Virus record (IMG/VR): IMGVR_UViG_3300045391_004489
Reading direction: 5' to 3' (one strand)
DNA length: 56,618 nucleotides
Source of the DNA: a virus
The notes beneath the pieces were generated by a model, which was not told the origin of the DNA, did no database searches, and saw only the letters and a list, made by a program, of their open reading frames with translations. The translations under genes and the position numbers were made by a program. This document shows, piece by piece, positions 31,636-41,873 of this stretch. Position 1 is the first letter of the stretch. Every line of letters begins with the position of its first letter.

Positions 31636-34455
31636 GTGGGGCGCATGGCCAACCTGCTGGGTACGGTTTCCGGTCAGTTGAAGGTGGACGTATCCCAGGC
31701 AGTGGCTGCTTACGCGGCCGCACGCTCTGCAAACGCCGCCACCATGACCGCGATCGAGAGATCACGGAAGTCGGTCAACGATGTAAGCAACGCATTCCTC
31801 GGTGTGGGAGTGGCGATCGCCGGCGCGCTGGGATACGCCGCCGAACAGGCCGCCCAGTTCAACGCCGAGATGGACTACTTCCAGGCGGTGTCCAAGGCGA
31901 CGACCTCGCAGATGGACGCCATTCGGAAGAAGGCCATAGAGCTGGACCAGACGACGATGTTCTCCACAGAGGACATCGCGACTATGTTCACCCAGCTGGC
32001 CAAGTCCGGTGAGTCTGTCAATGAGATTCTGGGCGGGGTGGCGGATGCCTGCACCAACCTCGCCCAGGCCGCACAGATTCCGCTGACCAACGCCACCAAG
32101 GACGTTGTCACCATCATGTCCGCCTTCAATCTGAAGGCTTCCGACGCGGCGATGGTGGCTAACGAGCTCGCCGGCGCGAGCAACAACTCTGTCCTCTCTG
32201 TGGATGACCTGGCCACTTCGATGAAGTACGCCGGTGCGGTCGCGGACACACTGCATGTCTCCATGCAAGACACAACCACGGCCCTGACCCTGATGGGTCG
32301 CGCAGGCATCCAGGGTTCGATGGGCGGTACCGAACTTCGGCAGATGTTCCTGCAGTTGACTGCTCCGACGGCGGCTGCGACCAAGGAACTGCAGAAACTC
32401 GGCATCATCACGAAGAACGGCACCAACCAGCTGTTCAACGCCAACGGCACCGCCAAGTCGCTGGCCCAGGTCTTCCAGATTCTGCAGAACGCAACCTCGA
32501 AGATGGGCGCTGAGCAGCAGACAGCGGCGCTGAAGACGATCTTCAACTCTCGTGCACTTGCCGGCGCGGAGATCTTGACGAAGGCCGGGGCCAAGGGCTT
32601 CGACCAGATGAACGCGGCCATCAACAAGACTACTGCCGCTGACGTCGCAGCCAAGCGGATGGACAACCTGCAGGGTTCGGTCAAGATTCTGACGTCGTCG
32701 CTTAAGACGATGGCTATCGGCGCGGGCCAGCCTTTGCAGCAGTTTCTGACTCAGGTGGTACGCGGGGTCACCTCGCTCGTCCAGGGGTTCAGCCACTTGT
32801 CGCCCCAGACTCAGTCGCTGATCATCCACATTGTCGCCATCGTCGGTGGCCTCGCGCTATTCCTGGGCATCGTCGGCAAGGCGATCTCCATCGGCCTTGG
32901 CCTGTGGAAAACTATCACAGATCTAGGCATGGCCTTCAAGTTTCTGTGGGGGTTGGGCGAGTCGCTCATCGGCATGGTGCGCACGCTCACTGTAGCTCTC
33001 ATGGAAAACCCGATCGCTCTCATAGCGGTCGCGGTTATCGCCCTAGGCATCGCCTTCTACGAGCTGTACGAGCACTGCACGTCATTCCGTAACGCCATCA
33101 ACGACATCGGTCGATGGTTCAAGAGCGTCTTCGAAGACACTGTCAACTGGTTCAAGAAGGTTCCACAGTACTTCGAAGACGGCTGGAACGCTATCAAGAA
33201 CGTCTTTACCACGGGCATCGACTGGATCAAGACTCACTGGAAGACGATCGTCGCCTGGCTGATAGACCCTGTCGGCGAGGCCTTCAAGCTTCTGTGGGAT
33301 AAGTTCGGTGGCCAGATCACCGCCTTCTTCGGGCGGATGTGGTCTGACGCTGTGGATGGCATGTCCAAGTTCGGTAAGGCAGTGCTGACCGAGCTGGGCA
33401 AGCTGCCTGACCAGATCGCTTACTGGACTGGCTTCATCCTAGGTCGTTTGATCCGGTGGATCGTCGAACTCAACATAGATATAGTTAAGGGCTTCGGCGA
33501 CATGATGGCCGCCATCGTGCGGTTCTTCGAGCAACTCCCTGGCCGGGTCATGCAGTATGGCAAGGACCTGTACAACGACTGGGTCAACCTGCAGCTGCGC
33601 ATGGTTCACGATGCAACCCAGTGGGGACAAGACATCGTCAACGCGATAGTGGGATTCTTCGAGCGACTGCCTGGCGACATCGAGAACTTTGCGATTAGCA
33701 TCTACAACAAGTGGACCAGCTTCCAGACTCGGATGAAGTCCGACGCCACCAAGTGGGGCTCGGAGTTGATCAACGACATCGTCGGCTTCTTCTCCCGACT
33801 GCCCGGTGAAATCTGGAACTGGGTCGAGTCCACGTACAACAAGTTCGTGACCTTCATGGGTCAGATGAAGTCCAAGGCCGAGCAGATGGGCCAGGATGTT
33901 GTCAACGGCATCGTCAACTGGGTGAGTCAGATACCCAGTCTGATGGGCAACATCATGAGCAACGTCATCTCTACCCTGGAGAGCTGGGTCAGCAAGGCGT
34001 TCGACGCGGCCAAGAACTTCGCCGGCAGCCTGTGGAATGGCTTCAAGAAGGGACTCGGCATCAACTCGCCTTCGTTCATCGAGAAGCAGATGACTCAGAT
34101 CGGCGAGTGCATGGACACCGAGACTCGCAACATCAACAAGTACGTCAAGCAGATCCAGGGTCTTGGCTCACAGCTCCAGGGTAACAACCCCTTGCTTGCC
34201 TCGACTAACTACAGCGCGATGACCGCAGCTCAGATGCAAGCGAACTTGAACTCTCAGCTGCGTCAGCTCAACGTGACCGGGGCAGTATCTGTGCCGGGCT
34301 ACACGACCGTTTCTTCCAACGCCTACGGCAACGGTGGACTCGGAGGTCAGCCGACCAAGGTACTCGAGGTCAATGTCTTCAATCCGACCGCTGAGTCTAG
34401 CGCTAGTAGCACCACCAAGCAACTGCAGACTCTCGCCAATCTGGGAGCATTCTGA
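31636..34455 (+). CDS. Tape measure protein
   Basis: 939 aa; helical N-terminus, central TM block, W/F-rich repeats; start may be ATG 31645. Confidence 0.9.
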   Translation: MGRMANLLGTVSGQLKVDVSQAVAAYAAARSANAATMTAIERSRKSVNDVSNAFLGVGVAIAGALGYAAEQAAQFNAEMDYFQAVSKATTSQMDAIRKKAIELDQTTMFSTEDIATMFTQLAKSGESVNEILGGVADACTNLAQAAQIPLTNATKDVVTIMSAFNLKASDAAMVANELAGASNNSVLSVDDLATSMKYAGAVADTLHVSMQDTTTALTLMGRAGIQGSMGGTELRQMFLQLTAPTAAATKELQKLGIITKNGTNQLFNANGTAKSLAQVFQILQNATSKMGAEQQTAALKTIFNSRALAGAEILTKAGAKGFDQMNAAINKTTAADVAAKRMDNLQGSVKILTSSLKTMAIGAGQPLQQFLTQVVRGVTSLVQGFSHLSPQTQSLIIHIVAIVGGLALFLGIVGKAISIGLGLWKTITDLGMAFKFLWGLGESLIGMVRTLTVALMENPIALIAVAVIALGIAFYELYEHCTSFRNAINDIGRWFKSVFEDTVNWFKKVPQYFEDGWNAIKNVFTTGIDWIKTHWKTIVAWLIDPVGEAFKLLWDKFGGQITAFFGRMWSDAVDGMSKFGKAVLTELGKLPDQIAYWTGFILGRLIRWIVELNIDIVKGFGDMMAAIVRFFEQLPGRVMQYGKDLYNDWVNLQLRMVHDATQWGQDIVNAIVGFFERLPGDIENFAISIYNKWTSFQTRMKSDATKWGSELINDIVGFFSRLPGEIWNWVESTYNKFVTFMGQMKSKAEQMGQDVVNGIVNWVSQIPSLMGNIMSNVISTLESWVSKAFDAAKNFAGSLWNGFKKGLGINSPSFIEKQMTQIGECMDTETRNINKYVKQIQGLGSQLQGNNPLLASTNYSAMTAAQMQANLNSQLRQLNVTGAVSVPGYTTVSSNAYGNGGLGGQPTKVLEVNVFNPTAESSASSTTKQLQTLANLGAF

Positions 34456-35333
34456 TGTCAGTATCAACCGCCGAGACGGTCACTGTCGACGGATTCGTTC
34501 TCAACACGTATGCGTTCAACATCTCGACTCTGTCAGGTCGACTGACCACGCCTGACCTGCGCACCAAGAATGTGGAGGTGCCAGGCAGGCATGGTACGCT
34601 GCGTGTTCGGAACAAGAAGTTCCAGGAGAACATCTACACCCTAACCATGTGGGTGAAAGGCTCCCTGCCTGACGGATCTGTCCCAACTCAGAAGATCGCA
34701 CGTCGGCTGTTCTACGAAAACGTGGACAACCTCATGCAGATCTTCACACGACGTACAGGTCTACTCAACATCCAGCAGGTCATGCCTGATGGTAGTGTCA
34801 GGCAGTGCTTCGGTGAGGTGCTCGCCACCATCACCCCCGAGAGCTCGTCGTCCAATCCTCTGGGTAAGTTCAACGTGGCTTTCACTCTGCCCGGGGTTTT
34901 CTGGCAGGATCTTGAGCCGGTCACGTACACCTCGCCGGCAGGACTACCAGTCTCGGAGATACTGACCCTGGACCCATTCATCGGCGCCACCGCCCCGATG
35001 GAGGATCTGCAGATCACCGTCACGGGTCGAGTGTCTCAGTTCAAGATCCAGGCGCTGGAGAACGGCTCACCGTTGGAGATAGACACGTGGGTGCAGTATA
35101 ACGCACCGGTGAGCAGCACTCAATCTGTCACCCTGGACTCCAGCGACTGGAGTATCTCCGCCTCGAGTGGCACACCGTCCATCGTGAATGTGGTTCACTC
35201 GGGATCGAACTTCTGGCTGTCTCTACCTCCCGGATGGCAAAACTCCGCGCCCCAGATTGCGTGGACCTGCACCAACCCAGACTCCCAGACCAAGCTGAGC
35301 ATCACTGGTACTCGTAAGTACGTGGTCGTATGA
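34455..35333 (+). CDS. Distal tail protein (Dit)
   Basis: Siphovirus tail-component-like N-terminus; position after the tape measure. Confidence 0.7.
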   Translation: MSVSTAETVTVDGFVLNTYAFNISTLSGRLTTPDLRTKNVEVPGRHGTLRVRNKKFQENIYTLTMWVKGSLPDGSVPTQKIARRLFYENVDNLMQIFTRRTGLLNIQQVMPDGSVRQCFGEVLATITPESSSSNPLGKFNVAFTLPGVFWQDLEPVTYTSPAGLPVSEILTLDPFIGATAPMEDLQITVTGRVSQFKIQALENGSPLEIDTWVQYNAPVSSTQSVTLDSSDWSISASSGTPSIVNVVHSGSNFWLSLPPGWQNSAPQIAWTCTNPDSQTKLSITGTRKYVVV

Positions 35334-38300
35334 CCAAGATCAGTGGCGACAACTTCGAGCTGCGTATCGTCAATCCTTCCACAGGGTTGGCGGACACAGT
35401 GCTGCCGGACTTTCAGACTTTCACCCTGTCTCCCGTCATCAGCGACGCGGGCACCGTGCAGTTCACCTATCCGCGTAACGGCCACAACTATTCCGCCATC
35501 CAGATGGACCTGGACCTCGCCGTATTCTTCAACGGTGTGGAACTCGGCTACCTACGGTCGACTATGGAGCAGCGGACCTGGGACGATGCGAACCCAGGCG
35601 AAGAGGGTGACGTGGCCTCGATCACCTGTCGCACCTCCCTGGCTAGAATGCAGCGGGCGGTAGTGTATCCACAGGGGTGGCCGGATAACACCGACCCGCC
35701 CTCCTACGCCTTCACCGCAGCCACCCCAGGCGTCATACTGCGCACGCTCGTAGAACTGGCCCAGCTGCGTGGCACTATCCCTGAGATCGACATCTCATCG
35801 TTCAGTGACACCAACGACTCGAACGGGGTGCCCTGGGCACAGACTATCTCCATGACGTGGGACGCTCAGTACGACTACCTGCAGGTGATCAACGATCTGT
35901 ACACGTACGGCCAGTGCGAAGCGGTCATGGACGTCTACAGTCTTCACCTGTACAACTACCAGACGCTGGGCAGTGACCTGACTGTCGTTGACCCGCCGGT
36001 CGTCATCCGTAAGGCCAGAGACCTCACCCAGAGCTCCGTACAGGAATCCACACGTGACCTGCGCACTGTCGTGCTGGCGAGCGGATCTAACAACCTGTAT
36101 GTGGAGTCTGAGTCTGAGGGTGCCGTGTTGCTCAAGGGGCGACGTGAGACTGGTACCAGCGCCTCGGGTATCACTGACGCGACCCAGCTGCAGCAGATCG
36201 GCGACACCTTCGCCGTGAGTGTGTCTAACGACATCATCGCCCGCACCAACGCGCTGGTCTTCGACGATGGTTCGCCTGTCCCCGGCACCGACTTCGACCT
36301 CGGGGACTGGGTGTGGACTAGCATCGACGGCACCCTATTTCGCCAGCGCACGATCCAATGGTCCCTCAGTTGCGATGGGACAGGCGTGATCACCGGCACT
36401 TCAGCCATGGACAACATCTTCGGTGAGTTCCTCACCCGGCTGCAGGCTCAGGTCAACGCTATTGAGAATGGCATGACCATCACGGGTGGGTCTGACCCTA
36501 CGTCCGTCACCGTGATCAACTCACCACCCCGGAAGCCTGGCACAGTCTCCGCCGGCACGAGCGCATACCTAGACAACCAAGGCCACACATACAGCGCCAT
36601 CACGGTCGTGTGGAGCGCGGTCACTGAGGATCAGAACGGCGCAGCTGACCCTAATATTGCTGGGTACCAGGTTCGACTGGCGTTCCATGGTACCACCACC
36701 TGGTCTACTGTGACGACCGACAACAACACTCTGTCGTACTACTTTGGGTCGTTGTTGCCGTCGACTCAGTTCGACTACCAGGTACAGTGTTTCGACAATC
36801 AGTCAAACTACTCTGGCTGGTCTACCGTGCAGACGGTGACGACCGCGTCTGACACTACGCCGCCGAACACACCCTCCACACCGGTAGTAGCGTCGACTCT
36901 GGGTCAGTTGTCTATCACCTGGGACGGTAAGGACAGCCTCGGCGCCAACATGCCGGGCGACTTCGACCATCTCTCGGTGTACGTCAGCTCCTCGTCACCA
37001 ACCTTCACGCCGAGTCCAGCTAACCTGTACCAGAATATGCGTGGCGGCGGCACTGTCACAGTGCCAGGTGCAGTGTTGACCTACGGGACGACCTACTATG
37101 TTCGGTTCATCGCCTACGACCAGAGTGGTAACGCTTCGGTTGCGTCGACTGCTGGCTCGGCTACTCTATCACAGGTGGTCTCGACCGACATCGAGTCGGG
37201 ACAGGTAAGCCTCTCGAATCTGTCCTTCTCTGACGTCGGTAACCTGATCGACAACGGTTCGTTCGAAGATCCGAACTGGCGGGCGGTTCGTAACACCGCC
37301 TTCGGAGGCACTCACTTCGCACTCGACAACACTACATCGTCGTCTGGCATCTGGTCAGTAGTCCACACCGGAACAGCTGGGCAGGTGGACGAGAGTGTCA
37401 ACCTGGCGACTGTTAACTGCACGCCAGGGCAGACATTCATGGGCGCTGCAGACTGGAAGGTCAGCTCTGCAGTCACCTCGACTATGCGCGTGGCGGTGGG
37501 GGTCAACTTCCACGACATCAACGGTGTGGGATTAGGCTACTCCGATCTGAGCTACTGCCAGACTCCGCCCTCCACGAACGACAACACGTGGCGAGCTAGA
37601 ATCTCGAGTCAGGCAGTCACCGCGCCGGCGACAGCTGCCACAGCGACGTTCGTGCTAGCCGCCCACACCCACACAGCTGGGTCTATCTGGGCAGATAATG
37701 TAGAAGTCCGTATGCAGCAGGACAACCTCCTTATCGCGGATGCGGCGATCACCGACGCCAAGATCGGCACAGTCTCAGCCAACAAGATCATCGCCGGCAC
37801 GATGTCCGCCGGAGTCATCATATCTGGCTCTATCGGTACAGCCTCGTCGGGTCAGCGATGCGTCATGGACGGTACGGGTTTTCACGCGTACGACAGTAGC
37901 GGCAACTTGGTCTTTGATGTCAATGACTTCAGTCAGGTGCTCACGCTAGGTCAGACTGGGGGCGGTCCACGGATTCAGATGGATATGTCCGGGGCATTCC
38001 CGACTATGCGGTTCTACGACACCTCTAACGTGAACAACTCGTTCATGAATGTTATCAACGCTGACAGTAACACCGCAGCGTTTGGTATCAACGGGGGTGA
38101 GTTTACCTCTGGGTCTCGTACACTACGCGGGCGCATGCTACTGTGGGGTCCGAGCACTGGCGCTAAGCTCCAGATCATGGACTCAGCTACCCAGGTTCAG
38201 GATGGCGGTCTGCTGGAGCTGCTGCCTGACACGGCCACTCACGGTATCTTTGTGAATGGGGCAACCCATGGTGGTCAGACCATCTTCAGCTCAGACTCAG

Positions 38301-38593
38301 TCAACTCTGACGCCATAGTTGAAATAGATGGTTACTGGGACGGAGTCATCAGGACTCAGAATGCCAGCCAGTTGTTCAGCGCAATCGGTTTGGCGCCAGC
38401 GGGTGGAGTCAACGCCGTCTACGGCCCAACCATGTTCAGCACCGTAAGACCTATCGCCCAATACTCTTGCAGCACCTTGGGTGTCACAGGCGGTAATGTT
38501 AACGGCACCAGTTCCACAGGCTTTCTCTACACGCTATCGGCTTCTTCGCCGGCAGCCTGGTCTGTTCTTGCATGGTTGGTGAGGACTCGATGA
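35330..38593 (+). CDS. Tail-associated/minor tail protein with FN3 domains
   Basis: 1087 aa; two FN3-like segments (PPRKPGTVSAG...VVWSAV...; PPNTPSTPVV...ITWDG...). Confidence 0.75.
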   Translation: MTKISGDNFELRIVNPSTGLADTVLPDFQTFTLSPVISDAGTVQFTYPRNGHNYSAIQMDLDLAVFFNGVELGYLRSTMEQRTWDDANPGEEGDVASITCRTSLARMQRAVVYPQGWPDNTDPPSYAFTAATPGVILRTLVELAQLRGTIPEIDISSFSDTNDSNGVPWAQTISMTWDAQYDYLQVINDLYTYGQCEAVMDVYSLHLYNYQTLGSDLTVVDPPVVIRKARDLTQSSVQESTRDLRTVVLASGSNNLYVESESEGAVLLKGRRETGTSASGITDATQLQQIGDTFAVSVSNDIIARTNALVFDDGSPVPGTDFDLGDWVWTSIDGTLFRQRTIQWSLSCDGTGVITGTSAMDNIFGEFLTRLQAQVNAIENGMTITGGSDPTSVTVINSPPRKPGTVSAGTSAYLDNQGHTYSAITVVWSAVTEDQNGAADPNIAGYQVRLAFHGTTTWSTVTTDNNTLSYYFGSLLPSTQFDYQVQCFDNQSNYSGWSTVQTVTTASDTTPPNTPSTPVVASTLGQLSITWDGKDSLGANMPGDFDHLSVYVSSSSPTFTPSPANLYQNMRGGGTVTVPGAVLTYGTTYYVRFIAYDQSGNASVASTAGSATLSQVVSTDIESGQVSLSNLSFSDVGNLIDNGSFEDPNWRAVRNTAFGGTHFALDNTTSSSGIWSVVHTGTAGQVDESVNLATVNCTPGQTFMGAADWKVSSAVTSTMRVAVGVNFHDINGVGLGYSDLSYCQTPPSTNDNTWRARISSQAVTAPATAATATFVLAAHTHTAGSIWADNVEVRMQQDNLLIADAAITDAKIGTVSANKIIAGTMSAGVIISGSIGTASSGQRCVMDGTGFHAYDSSGNLVFDVNDFSQVLTLGQTGGGPRIQMDMSGAFPTMRFYDTSNVNNSFMNVINADSNTAAFGINGGEFTSGSRTLRGRMLLWGPSTGAKLQIMDSATQVQDGGLLELLPDTATHGIFVNGATHGGQTIFSSDSVNSDAIVEIDGYWDGVIRTQNASQLFSAIGLAPAGGVNAVYGPTMFSTVRPIAQYSCSTLGVTGGNVNGTSSTGFLYTLSASSPAAWSVLAWLVRTR

Positions 38594-39066
38594 TCACAAG
38601 ACCGATTCGGGCGGTTCAGCATCACCCAGACGCCGGTGGTGTGGGGGGTGCCTGGAGCATTCTCTTCGACCATGAGACCAAGGGGCCCTGGCTGTACTTT
38701 CTCCCAGTATCTTCGCTATGGTACCGATCAGCGGAATACGAGATCGATCTCGGTGACGCCGACACTCTGTTCGACACGGTGTTGCACGAGGCCGCAGCTA
38801 TGGACTTTGATCTTGGAGTTCATCACACAGACCCGGACTTCGTCGCCCACGTTCCCGCAGCCCAGGCGTGGCAGGCACATCAGGCACGCATCGCCAAGGT
38901 CAAGCAACTCGTGACCCACGATGATCCACAGAAGTTGATGTCGGTCATCACCAAGCACCACCTCGACAACAGGGGTCACAAGCACTTGAACCAGTTGTAC
39001 CAAGACCACAGGTCGATCGTGGGCAGTATCCGCAAACAGCGTTTCCCGATCTCGCAAGCCCCGTGA
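38590..39066 (+). CDS. Hypothetical protein
   Basis: ATGA overlap with the upstream stop. Confidence 0.5.
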   Translation: MITRPIRAVQHHPDAGGVGGAWSILFDHETKGPWLYFLPVSSLWYRSAEYEIDLGDADTLFDTVLHEAAAMDFDLGVHHTDPDFVAHVPAAQAWQAHQARIAKVKQLVTHDDPQKLMSVITKHHLDNRGHKHLNQLYQDHRSIVGSIRKQRFPISQAP

Positions 39067-39078
39067 TATGATAGGGGT

Positions 39079-39423
39079 ATGACGAATGGAATGCTGGGAG
39101 AAGAATTCTCCCTCGACCAAAACATCCTGATCCAGCAATTGCAAGAAGAGCTTGGCGCTGCCAGGATCGAGCTCTCCATGCAGCGAGCGGCCTTCAGCCA
39201 GCTGAAGGGCATGTACAACCAGCGGATCGCTGAGAAGGAGCACCTGGAGGACCGACTGGGTGAGACTCGGGCGGATCTCGAGGAGGCGGAGAAAACTGTC
39301 AACGACCTGACGGTGACCGTGGACGAGTTCAGAGCCTTCAAGGCACTGTTGACGAAGTCCGGCTCCACCTACGACTCGTTCCTCGAAGAGGTCCGGAAGG
39401 CAGTGGCCAAACTGGAAGAGTAG
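39079..39423 (+). CDS. Coiled-coil protein
   Basis: ORF track; heptad-like sequence. Confidence 0.55.
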   Translation: MTNGMLGEEFSLDQNILIQQLQEELGAARIELSMQRAAFSQLKGMYNQRIAEKEHLEDRLGETRADLEEAEKTVNDLTVTVDEFRAFKALLTKSGSTYDSFLEEVRKAVAKLEE

Positions 39424-39441
39424 CAGAGTAGGGGGAGATTT

Positions 39442-39792
39442 ATGACCGCCGAGATCCTCAGTTCTCAGTACAGTGCTGGCGCTCTTCTCGCAGTCGTCTT
39501 GCTCTCGGTGATCTTCGGCATTCTCCTCCCGAGATGGACCGTCAACCAGATTATCCGGGCCAAGAACGAAGAGCTAAAGGCCAAGAACCAGCAGCTAGAG
39601 GCCAAAGAGAAAGAGCTCAATCTCTACCGGGAGGCGGTCGAAAACTACCGGCAGGCTAACCTGAAGCTGTTCGAGGCCTCGGACAAGCAGCTGGTGGTTA
39701 ACGAAGTAACTACCAAGGCACTCCACGCACTAACCACTAGTGCACACCGAGGAGAACCAGATGAAGTTGCGCATACTCAAGCACCTTCGTAA
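39442..39792 (+). CDS. N-terminally anchored membrane/coiled-coil protein (lysis-associated?)
   Basis: TM segment AGALLAVVLLSVIFGILLP followed by a coiled coil. Confidence 0.5.
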   Translation: MTAEILSSQYSAGALLAVVLLSVIFGILLPRWTVNQIIRAKNEELKAKNQQLEAKEKELNLYREAVENYRQANLKLFEASDKQLVVNEVTTKALHALTTSAHRGEPDEVAHTQAPS

Positions 39793-40039
39793 GTCTGACT
39801 CTCCAGGGGGCGAGCCGGAGGAACAGGATCTTAATCCTGCCCTGGAGGCTGTGGAGAGGAGCAAAATCGCTCTCGAGAAAGCAGAAGAAGGCAACAAACG
39901 TGCCGAGCAGATTGCAGCTCACGCAGCACGGATAGAACAACGTAACGGATTTGGTCAACTCCTTGATAAGTTGACCGAACCAAAGCCTACGAGAGAGTCT
40001 GGGAGGAACTTTCGCCATGGGCATAGCGGGAATGCTTAG
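39761..40039 (+). CDS. Hypothetical protein
   Basis: In-frame ATG of ORF 39740..40039. Confidence 0.4.
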   Translation: MKLRILKHLRKSDSPGGEPEEQDLNPALEAVERSKIALEKAEEGNKRAEQIAAHAARIEQRNGFGQLLDKLTEPKPTRESGRNFRHGHSGNA

Positions 40040-40394
40040 CAACATCGCAAGCTATGGTTTCGCAACAGTACCGATCCTAATATTCGTCCTTTGGACGTGG
40101 CTGGGTAACTGGTACACCTACAGTCTGGGTTGGATGATCATGATCCTGGACCTCGGTCTGTGGATGCTGGACATGCCCTCCACAGCCTACCACATCGTCC
40201 ACTTCAACGTGACCACGGAGGGTTGGAGGTGGTACTACGTCTGCGCCGAGTGGATCATACTGGTGGCGATGACTTGGCGAGGCTACGTGATGATCCGTGA
40301 ACTCTACCTGAAGAAGAAGGAGGCCAAACGATGCGCACCATGTACGACGGGGTCGACTCCGATGCACGAGTCATCCCAGCCAACGCCCAGCTGA
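40017..40394 (+). CDS. Holin-like membrane protein
   Basis: Three or more hydrophobic helices; immediately upstream of the endolysin. Confidence 0.6.
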   Translation: MGIAGMLSNIASYGFATVPILIFVLWTWLGNWYTYSLGWMIMILDLGLWMLDMPSTAYHIVHFNVTTEGWRWYYVCAEWIILVAMTWRGYVMIRELYLKKKEAKRCAPCTTGSTPMHESSQPTPS

Positions 40395-41119
40395 TCGCCT
40401 ACTACATCGACGGCAACTACAAGTGGACCGACGCGGAGATAGCGCTGTTCCCCCACTCGGTTCACGTGCCGATCGCGGTACACTCGACCACCAACAACGG
40501 CATCGTGCTGGACTGTGAGCGAGGAGACGCCACGCCCGCCGAGTCGGTGGACTGGGTGGTGATGCGCCGCAAGGCAGGCGCGGACCCGACGGTGTACTGC
40601 AACCAGAACGATCCGCAGACCGGGTGGCCTGCTGTCCGAGCTGCGTTCAAGGCCCGGGGTGTACCAGAGCCACACTACTGGGTCGCCAACTACAACGGCG
40701 ACACGACGATCCCGGCTGGCGCGACGGCGCACCAGTACAAGAGCACGGCCAGCTGGGATCTGTCCAGTGTGGCCGACTTCTGGCCCGGTGTGGACAAGGA
40801 GCCCGCCGCGCCTGTCACTCAGGAGGAGGATGACATGCAGCAGATAGAACCGCTCCACGAACACCCGGGTGAGTACGCCTACGGCACGCCCGCCGGCAAG
40901 ACGAAGATCAACTTCTTCGCAGACGGCTACAGCATGGCACCGGCGAAGCTGCGCGTCGTGGCCTGGGTCGGACCGAACCCTCAGGTGCACGACGGTCAGA
41001 CTCTCGGAGGCAGCAGCAAGATCCACAGCCTCACCATCGCGCTGCCCTCGGGTTGCACGGCAGTGACCGTGCGCCGGGCGGACACCAGTGAATTCCCCGT
41101 TGGTGTCAACTTCTCCTAG
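40331..41119 (+). CDS. Putative endolysin (glycosidase-like, DUF1906/Rv2525c-type resemblance)
   Basis: Strong SD aaggagg; position after the holin; weak by-eye similarity only. Confidence 0.5.
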   Translation: MRTMYDGVDSDARVIPANAQLIAYYIDGNYKWTDAEIALFPHSVHVPIAVHSTTNNGIVLDCERGDATPAESVDWVVMRRKAGADPTVYCNQNDPQTGWPAVRAAFKARGVPEPHYWVANYNGDTTIPAGATAHQYKSTASWDLSSVADFWPGVDKEPAAPVTQEEDDMQQIEPLHEHPGEYAYGTPAGKTKINFFADGYSMAPAKLRVVAWVGPNPQVHDGQTLGGSSKIHSLTIALPSGCTAVTVRRADTSEFPVGVNFS

Positions 41120-41154
41120 TTGATCATCCGTCGCTGTTACGATATACTACATGG

Positions 41155-41203
41155 GATCGCCCCTTCGCTGATAGTTGGGTCATCAGCGAGGGGGCGATCT
41201 TTT
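41155..41203. terminator. Bidirectional intrinsic terminator between convergent units
   Basis: gatcgccccttcgctgat / atcagcgagggggcgatc (18 bp with one G-U), then tttt. Confidence 0.8.
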
Positions 41204-41239
41204 GTGTATGTGGGAGATTTCTCAGAAGCGCTAGGGATG

Positions 41240-41794
41240 CTAGGAAGCAGTCGCCTGAGTGATGATGCACCCGATGCGCCGCAGGCGCTCAGAGGTTTCT
41301 CTGACGAATTCGGGATCATTCATCTGGTGATTGAGACCGCTGGGATGGGGGAACCGGTAGAACTTGAGTCCCTGTCGCGCGCGTACGACCCGGCCGAACA
41401 TGGGCACGGTACCGGGCAGGTCGAACGCATCCCACACCTTGCGGCCAAGCACGATGACTTCGACCCTGTTGTGCAAGGTGTGGAAATCGGTGTACGCTGA
41501 GGGACTGAGCTGGTTGCGCAGGTAGTCATCCTGCCGGCTTGCGAACAGCTCAGCGTGCATACGAGCTACTCGCTTCGGGAAGTTCTTGGTCTTGAGCGTG
41601 CCCGAGGGTCGACGCTCGTTCTCGAGCTGAGGCAACGGTGTGGGAAACAGGTTGGCCAGGCGGAAGTACCGCAGCAGCTCATCCCTGCTTTCCACACCTG
41701 CCCACTTGAGCAGGCGGTCTCCGCTCGGTCCCGTGAAGGGTCTGCCGTCGCCCAATCTGGACGGAGCTTGACCCAGTATAACTGGAAGTATCAT
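41240..41794 (-). CDS. Uracil-DNA glycosylase superfamily protein (stand-alone)
   Basis: Motif A-like VILGQAPS...PFTGPSGDRL at the extreme N-terminus; motif B-like FPHPSGLN. Confidence 0.7.
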   Translation of the reverse strand: MILPVILGQAPSRLGDGRPFTGPSGDRLLKWAGVESRDELLRYFRLANLFPTPLPQLENERRPSGTLKTKNFPKRVARMHAELFASRQDDYLRNQLSPSAYTDFHTLHNRVEVIVLGRKVWDAFDLPGTVPMFGRVVRARQGLKFYRFPHPSGLNHQMNDPEFVRETSERLRRIGCIITQATAS

Positions 41795-41818
41795 GGATTC
41801 CCTATCTAACTACACCGA

Positions 41819-41854
41819 GAGCCGGTGGCCATGTATAGTTGTGGCCACCGGCTC
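41819..41854 (-). terminator. Perfect 13-bp intercistronic hairpin
   Basis: gagccggtggcca / tggccaccggctc with a 10-nt loop, between 41874..42413 and the UDG-like gene. Confidence 0.6.
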
Positions 41855-41873
41855 CTCGCCGGGTACTGCGTGA

